DNA of 64,000 bases from Armatimonadota bacterium. GTDB lineage: Bacteria > Armatimonadota > HRBIN16. The stretch lies in contig OY781964.1 of assembly GCA_963677485.1 (NCBI GenBank), forward strand, positions 800,001 through 864,000, in the 5' to 3' direction. A program made the position numbers and the translations under genes. Shown here piece by piece: positions 28,318 to 37,034 of the stretch (position 1 is its first letter; each line of letters starts with the position of its first letter). The notes beneath the pieces are model-generated. The model had not been told where the DNA came from. It saw only the letters and a list, made by a program, of their open reading frames with translations, and did not search any database.

Positions 28318-28570
28318 GATTTGCCTCCTATAGCAGGCATGCCGCCTGCATCGCGTCTCTACCCATCACGAACTTTGGTTATTGCGGGTATGAGGACGAA
28401 GATATCGGCCTGGATTGCTGTATGGTACAGTTCTGTAAGGCCAATAGTATACTACCTCAAGCGGGCTCAGGCTGTCGAATGGAGAGGGTTGGTTTGACGG
28501 GGTTATGGAGATGTTAGGGGGTTGTGATTGCGAGTAATGTTTAGGTGAAATTATCAGCATTGAATGGCAC

Positions 28571-28642
28571 TGTCCGGGGCGGTCTGTCAATAAGCTAGCG
28601 ATTACAGAAGGCTGTAGACCGCGCCGGTCTGGCGGTTAGCCA
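28571..28642 (-). repeat. Partial inverted copy of the nested-palindrome element
   Basis: TGTCCGGGGCGGTCTGT...AGACCGCGCCGGTCTGGCGGTTAGCCA is the reverse complement of the right half of the 23912 copy. Confidence 0.75.
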
Positions 28643-29055
28643 AACCCGTCGCATCGGGATGGACGGTGTATACCGCTGGCTACCAGTCACCGCTGCCACG
28701 GGTTTAGTCACCCCACGTGACTGGCGTCCCGAGCGGGGTTCCCTCACCGCGCGGCTAACTAACTGCAGCCCGCAAGCGGGCGCAGGGGGCGTCCGGGATG
28801 CGTCCGCTTCAGCGGACAGCCAGCTAATTAGCGATGGGTGACGAGGCCTGCTTTAGCAGGTTGATGGAACCCGTCGCTGATGGCTACATTGTTACTCCAT
28901 TCAAAGTAATATTGCCGATAAACAGCAAAATAATTGCCGCTATATTGCCGATAAAATGACATACATGGCCCTCAAGCTAGCCGATGCAAACGAAAACGAG
29001 GTAATATGCACTAATGCAAATGCCGTCTATGTGACATTCAGGGAGAGCCAGACCA

Positions 29056-30066
29056 ATGACCATCGAAATACGGAACCGGCAAGGCGTGATCATCATCTCA
29101 GGTGAGTATGACTGCATCAAGTCAGCGGCAGAAGCACACAAACGCGAGCTTATGCACGCCAACCTGAGCAACTGCGATCTCAGCAACGCCCGGTTAAGCG
29201 GAGCGAAATTGACGAATGCCGATTTGAGTGGAACTGACCTGACAGGTGCCTACCTGCAGTATGCCTCACTTGAAGGTGCTTATCTTCCTGAAGCTTTCCT
29301 TGAATATGCGTGCCTGAGCCTCGCAGACTTGGACAATGCTAACCTCAGCGGTGCGGACCTGAGTAATGTGTGCCTCTCAGATTCGAAACTACCATATGCA
29401 AACATGAGCGGAGCACTACTGCATAACTGTGACCTAAGCCGTTGTGATTTGCGTGGCTGCAACTTTTCTGGTGCCGATCTAAGCTGTGCACATTTTACGC
29501 AATGTAACTTAACAGGCGCAGACCTCACTAACACGAATATGAATGGTGCTAACCTAACATGGGCAAACCTGTATAAAGCGAACCTGCAGGGTGCTGACCT
29601 AACCGATGCGGTGATGACTGAAGCGATCATGCATGTTCCCGACCCCGATAGCGTGCGAAGCCTGTTGAGAGAAGCCTTCAACTACCAGAGCACAGCAGGC
29701 ATGACGCATGAGGAATATGTGGAGCAGAGACAACATCTACCGTTGTTGTTTCCAGAGGAGATGCAGTCGATGCTTCCGTTTGTGCTAGAGGAGATAGTTG
29801 ACACCCATACCGGCCACTACGCAGATAACGACAACACCGAGTATGTTCTGATGAGGCTCAGTGTTAATGACCCTAAAGATACCGATTGGGACCGCGAATT
29901 TGACCGTGAACAGTTTAATCTGTTCACACCCACTCAAAGCAGGGCGGTGTACCAATGGCTGATGCTGGCGATCTCTTGGCAAGACTATGCAGAATGGCGT
30001 AAATATCTCGAGCAGGCCATCGTCTACTGGCGGGAACGGGCAGCACTTCCAGATCAGCACGAATAA
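29056..30066 (+). CDS. Pentapeptide repeat protein with an uncharacterised (DUF6714-like) C-terminal domain
   Basis: Long A(D/N)LxxA(D/N)L array, then a helical domain ending FTPTQSRAVYQWL...AIVYW. GGAG RBS present. Confidence 0.8.
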   Translation: MTIEIRNRQGVIIISGEYDCIKSAAEAHKRELMHANLSNCDLSNARLSGAKLTNADLSGTDLTGAYLQYASLEGAYLPEAFLEYACLSLADLDNANLSGADLSNVCLSDSKLPYANMSGALLHNCDLSRCDLRGCNFSGADLSCAHFTQCNLTGADLTNTNMNGANLTWANLYKANLQGADLTDAVMTEAIMHVPDPDSVRSLLREAFNYQSTAGMTHEEYVEQRQHLPLLFPEEMQSMLPFVLEEIVDTHTGHYADNDNTEYVLMRLSVNDPKDTDWDREFDREQFNLFTPTQSRAVYQWLMLAISWQDYAEWRKYLEQAIVYWRERAALPDQHE

Positions 30067-30442
30067 CGAGCCCAGAGCCGGGATATAGAGCATATTAGCC
30101 GAATTAGCGCGAATTCCGCTAACATACTAGCCGATTTCGCGTGAATTCGGCTAATAGCTGTATACAATATAGATATGAACATTCCGCGAACCATCCAAAC
30201 TGACATCACCAAACGGCTGACGGAGAGCAACAAGGTTGTGATTCTCTACGGCCCCCGCCAGGTCGGTAAGACCACATTGGCGAAAAGCATCATATCTGAC
30301 TGGCCGGGTAGAGTGCTTCAGATCAGCGCCGACGAAGCCGTGTCAATAGTCACCTTATTACTACCACCCATGTTCGGCATATGTATACCACTTGACTAGT
30401 TCGTGTTCATTGCCCAATGTAAGTGTTGGATGCGTCGGTATC

Positions 30443-31210
30443 TCACTCTACGGATGCATTATCCGGCTTGCTTACCTCCCCTCTGCGCTGCCTTTGGCGA
30501 TAGCTCTCACCGGTGACAACAGTCACCCGGGCATGGTGAGTCAATCTGTCCATAGCAGCTGAAGCGAGAAGAGAGTCGCCAAACATCTCCGGCCATTCGG
30601 AGGGAGCCCGATTAGATGTCAATACAATACTGCCCTTCTCGTATCTCTGGTGGATGATCTCGTAGAGGTCTTCCGCTCCCTGAATTGTGATGGGGCGAAG
30701 ACCAAAGTCGTCGAGTATCAGGAGGTCAACGTTGACCAATTTCTTAATCAACCGCGTATAAGCATCGTCTGCCCTGGCCGCAAACATCTCCTGTTGCAAC
30801 TTGTGGACAGAACTGTTATAAACACTGTAGCTTCGCTTAATGGCCTCATAACCTATGGCGGTGGCTAGATGTGTCTTGCCCACACCAGTGGGACCACACA
30901 CCAGCCAGTTGGCATGTTGAGCGATTAACTGGCAGGTCGCCATCTCCCTTACCAGCGAACGATCAAGGGTAGGTACAGCGTTGAAGTCGAAGTGGGACAG
31001 CAGTTTCGTGTTCTCGAAACAGGCCGCCTTCTCCATCTTTACCTGTTTAGTTTGGCTGCGTCGCTCAAGCTCATCATCTACTAATAACGCAAGGAACTCC
31101 GTTGGTGAGAGCTTTTGCTCACGGGCTAGCTCCGCTCTCTCTTCGAGGCTATCAACCATGCCAGACCATCTGAGTTGCCTGAGCTTGGGTAGCAGTGTGT
31201 GAGTTAACAC
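30443..31210 (-). CDS. istB: IS21 helper ATPase IstB
   Basis: Motifs GPTGVGKTHLA, LLILDDFG, TSNR and DRLTHH. Confidence 0.93.
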   Translation of the reverse strand: MLTHTLLPKLRQLRWSGMVDSLEERAELAREQKLSPTEFLALLVDDELERRSQTKQVKMEKAACFENTKLLSHFDFNAVPTLDRSLVREMATCQLIAQHANWLVCGPTGVGKTHLATAIGYEAIKRSYSVYNSSVHKLQQEMFAARADDAYTRLIKKLVNVDLLILDDFGLRPITIQGAEDLYEIIHQRYEKGSIVLTSNRAPSEWPEMFGDSLLASAAMDRLTHHARVTVVTGESYRQRQRRGEVSKPDNASVE

Positions 31211-32763
31211 GCTTCTACCTCCATATTGGTGTCAGCATTACTGACCAAAATGAATTCGTCGGCACTACGAGCGAAGAGGTAGTCTTTTTTAGGGGGAAGA
31301 GAAGATGTTATTCCCATTGGCTCGTGATCTGTACCGGCCCTCAGTATCTTAGCAATGCGTTGGTAACTACCATCTTGGTAATAGAGAGAGCGTGCGCAGG
31401 CCGCTTCCAGGCGACTACTGCTGTACGTTTGAACTAGCCGGACGATCCTCTTCACGGATTGTCTTCGGTCTACAGGCCTGTCAGCCAGCAAAGCATTAAG
31501 CACCGTAACACAACTGGGGCCGATGTCATGCCCTAATTCCAGGCAATTCTCGATTGAAAGAACCATATAGGCCACTTTATGTGTTGGGTAATCAGTCATG
31601 CGGGTAATGCGCTGCCCTTGTTGTGTCGCTCTTTGATGTGTTCCAACTAGTTTATGGTCGTTATCATATATCTGCACCACTCGTTCGTGCAGATGCACGT
31701 CCATTTGGCTGCCTATGTAGCTGTAGGGCACGGAATAGTAAGAACCATACACTGTAACATGACAGTCCCGATGGACTTTCGCACTACGAACTTCAATGAG
31801 ATCAAATTCCGTGTCTGGTAATGACTTAAGCGTGCTCTTCTCTACCTGATTGAACTGCGCCAATGGCTGTTTATGTGTGGTTCCATGGTTACGCAGACCT
31901 GCCTCTTGGGTGATCCAGGTCTTCACAAGCAGGTTCGCTTCGTCGATATCCATGAACTCCCGGCCTGCAATGAAGTTTCGCTGCACGTAATGAACCCCGT
32001 TTTCCACTTTTCCTTTATGCTCCGGGGTTCTCACTCTACACGGATGAATGAGGAAGTCGTAGTGCAAGGCCAGTTGCCGATACGGCTCCGAGATGACAGG
32101 GTCGTATATATCTGCTTTGAGAACCGCTGACTTTAGATTGTCTATCACAAGTTCCTCTGGAACGCCTCCGAAGAATTCAAAGGCGTTGATATGGCAGTTC
32201 ACCCATGTGGGTATCCTTTGATTGAATACAAACTCCACATATTGATGTCGAGAGTGTGATAGCGTCATCAAGAAGGCATACGTTGAACGCATCTTGCCTG
32301 TTGCGGGGTCCTTCATTTGCCCCACAAATCCGAAGTCAACCTGGGCCTGTTTTCCTGGGTCTGTCTCTAGACGTATAATGGCCAACTGCTCTTTGGGGGT
32401 CAGTCCGTTAATGAAGCGAATAACCGAAGAGTAGCTACCGGTAAACCCGTATAGTCGTTTGAGGTTGTTGTGGATGGTCACTGCCTCTATGTGAGTCTGG
32501 AGATAGGTCTCGATGATTTCGCGGTATGGTTCAGCACTAGACACATTACTGCGTCGTTTGCGCTGCGGTAAGGTGTCACGAAATGCCTCCATACTCGGCA
32601 TATCTGAATCTGGAGCCAGGTATCCAAGTCGAGAAGCCCACTGTGCGTATTGGCTGACGGTGTTACGAGCGCAGCCCGTGTCACGAGAAATCGCTCGTTG
32701 GGACTGCCCACGCCGCAGTCGGAATATGATCTCTTCTATGATCTGCATTCTTAGCCTTTCCAT
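31204..32763 (-). CDS. istA: IS21 transposase IstA
   Basis: Motifs ETDPGKQAQVDFG, FFGGVP...DNLK, KGKVE and YSVP. Confidence 0.93.
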   Translation of the reverse strand: MERLRMQIIEEIIFRLRRGQSQRAISRDTGCARNTVSQYAQWASRLGYLAPDSDMPSMEAFRDTLPQRKRRSNVSSAEPYREIIETYLQTHIEAVTIHNNLKRLYGFTGSYSSVIRFINGLTPKEQLAIIRLETDPGKQAQVDFGFVGQMKDPATGKMRSTYAFLMTLSHSRHQYVEFVFNQRIPTWVNCHINAFEFFGGVPEELVIDNLKSAVLKADIYDPVISEPYRQLALHYDFLIHPCRVRTPEHKGKVENGVHYVQRNFIAGREFMDIDEANLLVKTWITQEAGLRNHGTTHKQPLAQFNQVEKSTLKSLPDTEFDLIEVRSAKVHRDCHVTVYGSYYSVPYSYIGSQMDVHLHERVVQIYDNDHKLVGTHQRATQQGQRITRMTDYPTHKVAYMVLSIENCLELGHDIGPSCVTVLNALLADRPVDRRQSVKRIVRLVQTYSSSRLEAACARSLYYQDGSYQRIAKILRAGTDHEPMGITSSLPPKKDYLFARSADEFILVSNADTNMEVEAC

Positions 32764-33899
32764 GTATGCCCTCCTGATAAAACTGTGTCTATCATTTAGG
32801 CGGTCAGGGGCATCGAAACACGGCTAGAGTGGTATAGTCATGCCGAACATGGGTGGCTCACACATGCCGAATGGGCTGGTATAGTGTAACCCGATTAGCG
32901 ACAAAGCCGTCTATATCGATGTGTTATCGAGTCAAGATTCATCGAAGCTACGGTCTTTGGTCGCTGGGTATGACCTGCTGTTTATCGATGAAGCACAGCG
33001 AGTGCCGGATATCGGTCTGAACCTCAAAATCCTGCATGATCAAGTACCTGAAGTCCATATACTTGTGACGGGGTCGTCATCTTTCGACCTTGCAAATTCC
33101 GTTCGCGAACCCCTCACAGGACGTTCATGGACCTACAATCTGCACCCGATATCGATCTTGGAACTTTCTACGCTTTACAACGGGTTTGAGCTGGATGCTC
33201 AGATTGAGCAACGGTTGGTATTCGGCTCGTATCCAGAGCTCTTTTCTATTGATAACCAGGCCGATAAAATCGACTATCTGTATGAAGTCGGAAATTCCTA
33301 TCTCTACAAGGATATCCTGGAGCTATCATCGATTCGCAATTCCGCAAAGATTCGGGATTTACTGCGTATGATTGCCTACCAGGTGGGTTCCGAGGTTTCA
33401 TTATCAGAGCTAGGATCAGCCTTAGGCATCAGTAAAGACACGGTGTACTCGTACATCGATCTGCTTGAGAAGAGTTTCGTGCTGTTTAGGCTGTCTGGAT
33501 TCAACCGAAATCTACGTAAGGAGGTATCACGCAACGACAAGATATACTTTTACGACCTTGGTATACGTAACATGGTGATTGACAACTTCAAACCAGTAGA
33601 GGCCCGCGATGATGTCGGTGCTCTGTGGGAGAATTTCTTGATCCTCGAGCGCATGAAGAAGCTGTCATATACCAGAGCTCATGCTCGAACCTACTACTGG
33701 CGTACATACACCGGTGCCGAAATTGACTACATTGAGGAGCGCGAAGGGGTATTGTATGCTTACGAGTTCAAGGCGGGAACGAAATCAGCCAAGTGTCCGG
33801 CCACTTGGGCTCAGACTTACCCGAATTCGCAATTCGAGGTTGTGAACCGAGCCAGTTATCTCGACTTCCTTACGTAAGGTCGCACAAAGACTCAAAAAG

Positions 33900-33929
33900 G
33901 CAAAGCCCGCTGTTTAATGCGGGCTTTGC
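33900..33929. terminator. Stem-loop between the convergent ATPase and kinase genes
   Basis: GCAAAGCCCGC / GCGGGCTTTGC. Confidence 0.55.
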
Positions 33930-33990
33930 ATCTCGGCGACGAAACACCGAGAGGGACGATGTTTCGGAAACTCCTGATCCCCAACGCCCC

Positions 33991-35568
33991 CTACCGATCC
34001 TGGAAGACTCGCAGGTGGTCGATGCCAAACCAGGTCACGGCACCGTTGGTAGGCCGAATCTCCAGTTGGAACTGCTGCACGTCGGCCATAATCCGTTCAT
34101 CGACCACACGTTGCAGACTCCCCCACTCGCCCGGCCGCAGCCTATCCGCCTGCCCCAGCGCGTGACGCCGCTGCTTGGCATCGACGATGAACAACTGGGC
34201 GTAGCAGTCGGTATCGGCCTCGTTGGGCACCAGCACATCAAGTGCCACTGCGTTGCCAAACTTACGCCAGTCCTTTTGCTCCGGTTCCAGCGCAATCACC
34301 GCCGTCTCGAACCGGGCGGTTGCATTGGCCCGCAACCAGTATGATCCCTGGCTGGCCTTGGATCGTATCCGCTTCAGCTCAAAGCCCTGCGTCGCCATCT
34401 GCCAGTTGTTGGTGCTGATCTCAAAGTCGCTTAGCACGTGGTTCATGGCCACGGGGGCCAGAGTTTCGACCGGCTTGAACTCAATATTGCGCCTCGTCGA
34501 GCCAGACGGATGCAACACCGCGTTCACACCCATACCCACTATCACCACCAGGCTGAGGGTGATCAACACAGCGGGCAGCATCGGGATGCGCATCTTCGGC
34601 CGTGAAGCAGCCTTCTTGCTGGTGTTGACTCGTGGGGGCACGATCACATTGCTCCGCGGCCCGCGCGCTGCCTGAGCGGGGTCGGGTGGACTGGCCGGAC
34701 GCGGCTGCGCCTCCGCCTGGCGGAACATATCACCACCTGCCAGTCCACTGGTCACCAGCTTCAAACCCAGCTCTTCAGCGAATGCACGGCACTTTTGATA
34801 GCGGTTCGCTGGGTCTTTGGCAAACGCCTTCCGAAACACCGGGTATAACACTTCAGGAATGCCTGGGTTAGGCTCCGGTTCTTCATACACTATCTTATGC
34901 AGCACTGCGGCCACATTAGGGGCTTCGAACGGCTTATGTCCGCACAGCATCTCCCAGGTGGTCGTCGCCAGCGCAAAAACATCGCTGCGCCCATCAATCT
35001 CTTCAGAGGTGATCTGCTCCGGCGACATATAAGCCGGACTACCCACCATGATGCCTGCCTGTGTGCGCACCAGGTCGTTAGCCAGACGGGCGATACCGAA
35101 GTCGGTCAGCTTCACCTGACCAGTCTCCAGTAATGCGATGTTGTCAGGCTTGACATCTCTGTGTACCACTCCGGCAGCGTGCGCGTAATCCAAAGCGGAG
35201 GCCACCGCCTGCACGATGCGCATCGTCTCCCTGGGGCTGATGGTGCCTGCATCCAATACCTGTCGCAGAGTTTTGCCGTCAAGCAGCTCCATGGCGATGT
35301 AATACTGGTCATCTGCTTCGCTGACTTCATACAGGGTGACCACATTGATATGCGACAGACGACCAGCGGAGCGTGCCTCACGCTCAAAACGCAGCACCAT
35401 CTCCTCACGCTCTGCGTCGGTCACCACAGGTGGAAGCACCAGCACCTTCAACGCCACCAACCGGCCTATCAGCGTATCCTCGGCGCGGTATACCTTCGAC
35501 ATCCCGCCACTGCCCAGTTGCTCAAGCAGACGATATCTACCGATGCGCTTCTCAGGGTTTTCTGTCAT
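33991..35568 (-). CDS. Hanks-type Ser/Thr protein kinase with a TM helix and an extracytoplasmic carbohydrate-binding-like domain
   Basis: Motifs GSGGMS, VALK, HRDVKPDN, DFG, YMSPE; TM segment AVLITLSLVVIVGMGV. Confidence 0.9.
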   Translation of the reverse strand: MTENPEKRIGRYRLLEQLGSGGMSKVYRAEDTLIGRLVALKVLVLPPVVTDAEREEMVLRFEREARSAGRLSHINVVTLYEVSEADDQYYIAMELLDGKTLRQVLDAGTISPRETMRIVQAVASALDYAHAAGVVHRDVKPDNIALLETGQVKLTDFGIARLANDLVRTQAGIMVGSPAYMSPEQITSEEIDGRSDVFALATTTWEMLCGHKPFEAPNVAAVLHKIVYEEPEPNPGIPEVLYPVFRKAFAKDPANRYQKCRAFAEELGLKLVTSGLAGGDMFRQAEAQPRPASPPDPAQAARGPRSNVIVPPRVNTSKKAASRPKMRIPMLPAVLITLSLVVIVGMGVNAVLHPSGSTRRNIEFKPVETLAPVAMNHVLSDFEISTNNWQMATQGFELKRIRSKASQGSYWLRANATARFETAVIALEPEQKDWRKFGNAVALDVLVPNEADTDCYAQLFIVDAKQRRHALGQADRLRPGEWGSLQRVVDERIMADVQQFQLEIRPTNGAVTWFGIDHLRVFQDR

Positions 35569-35579
35569 AAGGCCTCCAA

Positions 35580-36059
35580 TTAACTGCGGCTATTCAATTC
35601 GCGATCTTGCTCACGCATCACGTCGCGTTTTTGGATGTCATCACGGCGGTCCCATTCCCTCTTACCGCGGGCGATGGCGATCTCCAGCTTGACATATCCA
35701 TGCATAAAGAAGAGCTTTAACGGGATAATCGTCAAACCCTTACCCTCAACCTTGGTCTTCAGCTTGTTCAGTTCATACCTGTTCATCAACAGCTTACGGG
35801 GTCTGGCTGGCTCGGTGTTGAAGCGGTTGCCAAAAGCGTAGGGCTGCACGTGCATATTAAGTATCCACATCTCGCCATCACGCAGTTCGCAGTATCCCTC
35901 AGTGATTTGGGCGCGGCCTTCACGCAGCGACTTAACTTCAGTGCCCTCAAGCACCACGCCCGCCACATAAGTCTCAATGATCTCGTAGTCGTGTCTTGCC
36001 TTGCGGTTAAGTATGCTGGGTGACAGTGTTTTCTTTTCAGTTTCGGCTTTCTTGGCCAT
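35580..36059 (-). CDS. smpB: SsrA-binding protein
   Basis: Motifs NRKARHDY, GTEVKSLR, RKLL and GKREWDRR. GGAGG RBS before ATG 36059. Confidence 0.95.
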   Translation of the reverse strand: MAKKAETEKKTLSPSILNRKARHDYEIIETYVAGVVLEGTEVKSLREGRAQITEGYCELRDGEMWILNMHVQPYAFGNRFNTEPARPRKLLMNRYELNKLKTKVEGKGLTIIPLKLFFMHGYVKLEIAIARGKREWDRRDDIQKRDVMREQDRELNSRS

Positions 36060-36136
36060 AATTCCCTCCCAACGAGTCACCTTATTATACCCGGTAGGTC
36101 CATACCAGCATGAATCCACTCACTTGGGGCATCAGG

Positions 36137-36844
36137 CTATCGCGTGAACAGGGTGCGAAGTATCACCATCAGATCGGTGCCGATATTGGCATGACTGGCA
36201 TATCCAAGATTTATCTGCAGCTTATGGGGCAGCACCTCATGGATATACACCCATTCGGGATCACCGAGCTGCCCCAGATACGCCTGCTCATGACGGTAAG
36301 TTAATGATGCGGGATCGGTGATACCTGGCATCAGATTTAGCACTCGACGCTGCTCGGGTGTGAATAGATCGACGTAGTGCGCCACCATAGGACGAGGGCC
36401 AACCAGGCTCATCTCGCCTCGCAGCACATTGATAAGCTGCGGCAGCTCATCGAGCTTGGTACGGCGCAGAACCCGGCCTATGGGGGTGATACGGGGGTCG
36501 TTACCGATGGTGACTAAGCGGCCATGTTGGTCTGCATCAACGTGCATGCTGCGGAATTTTATGATAGTAAAAACAGCCCCGTTCTTTCCCACTCGTTGCT
36601 GTCGGAAAAACACAGGCCCGCCATCACCCAGCTTTATAGCGACCGCCACGAACCCCAATAGCGGTGACAGCAAGATCAGGCCGGGGATTGTTAAAACAAG
36701 GTCAAACAGCCGTTTGGCTCGGGAGTCAGAGCGTAAGGGCCAGCAATCGGCGTGGGGCGATGTCGACGTAGACTTCTGGTTATACTGCACATCCGATTTC
36801 ATATAGGCACCACTCCTTGCTGGGATAAGCGCAGCCAAGCGCAT
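36137..36844 (-). CDS. Priming sugar-phosphate transferase (Bac_transf)
   Basis: Motifs KRLFD, KFRSM, DPRIT, LDELPQL.NV..GEMSLVGPRP and PGIT. The start is uncertain. Confidence 0.88.
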   Translation of the reverse strand: MRLAALIPARSGAYMKSDVQYNQKSTSTSPHADCWPLRSDSRAKRLFDLVLTIPGLILLSPLLGFVAVAIKLGDGGPVFFRQQRVGKNGAVFTIIKFRSMHVDADQHGRLVTIGNDPRITPIGRVLRRTKLDELPQLINVLRGEMSLVGPRPMVAHYVDLFTPEQRRVLNLMPGITDPASLTYRHEQAYLGQLGDPEWVYIHEVLPHKLQINLGYASHANIGTDLMVILRTLFTR

Positions 36845-37034
36845 AAACGACAGATAAGTGATCAGGTATATAAGCTGGTTTATATCAACATCAAAGCATA
36901 TTAGCTACCTATGATATGACATTTTAGTGATATTATATCGTAATATTAGTGATCGATATGCTAAAATATACCCAGCTTTGGGCACACATTCGCTGACTAT
37001 ACATCGCTGAATAGATCAAGGAGCGTAAACGACA

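Larger units (their letters stand above)
30341..32903 (-). mobile_element. IS21-family insertion sequence
   Basis: Ends TGTC...GACA; 6-bp direct repeat AAGCCG at 30335-30340 and 32904-32909; subterminal repeats CCACCCATGTTCGGCAT / ATGCCGAACATGGGTGG; istA-istB pair. Confidence 0.93.
30175..33877 (+). pseudogene. AAA_14/DUF4143 ATPase interrupted by IS21
   Basis: The 5' part carries Walker A GPRQVGKTT. The 3' part carries Walker B FIDEAQ, TGSS, KIYFYDLG and EID..YEFK. Removing the IS and one AAGCCG copy restores the frame (...SADEAVYIDVLSSQD..., 377 aa). Confidence 0.9.

Noticed and set aside
35580-36140. tmRNA near smpB
   Set aside because: No GGGG(C/G)TG...CCACCA tRNA-like ends are seen, and there is no intergenic space.
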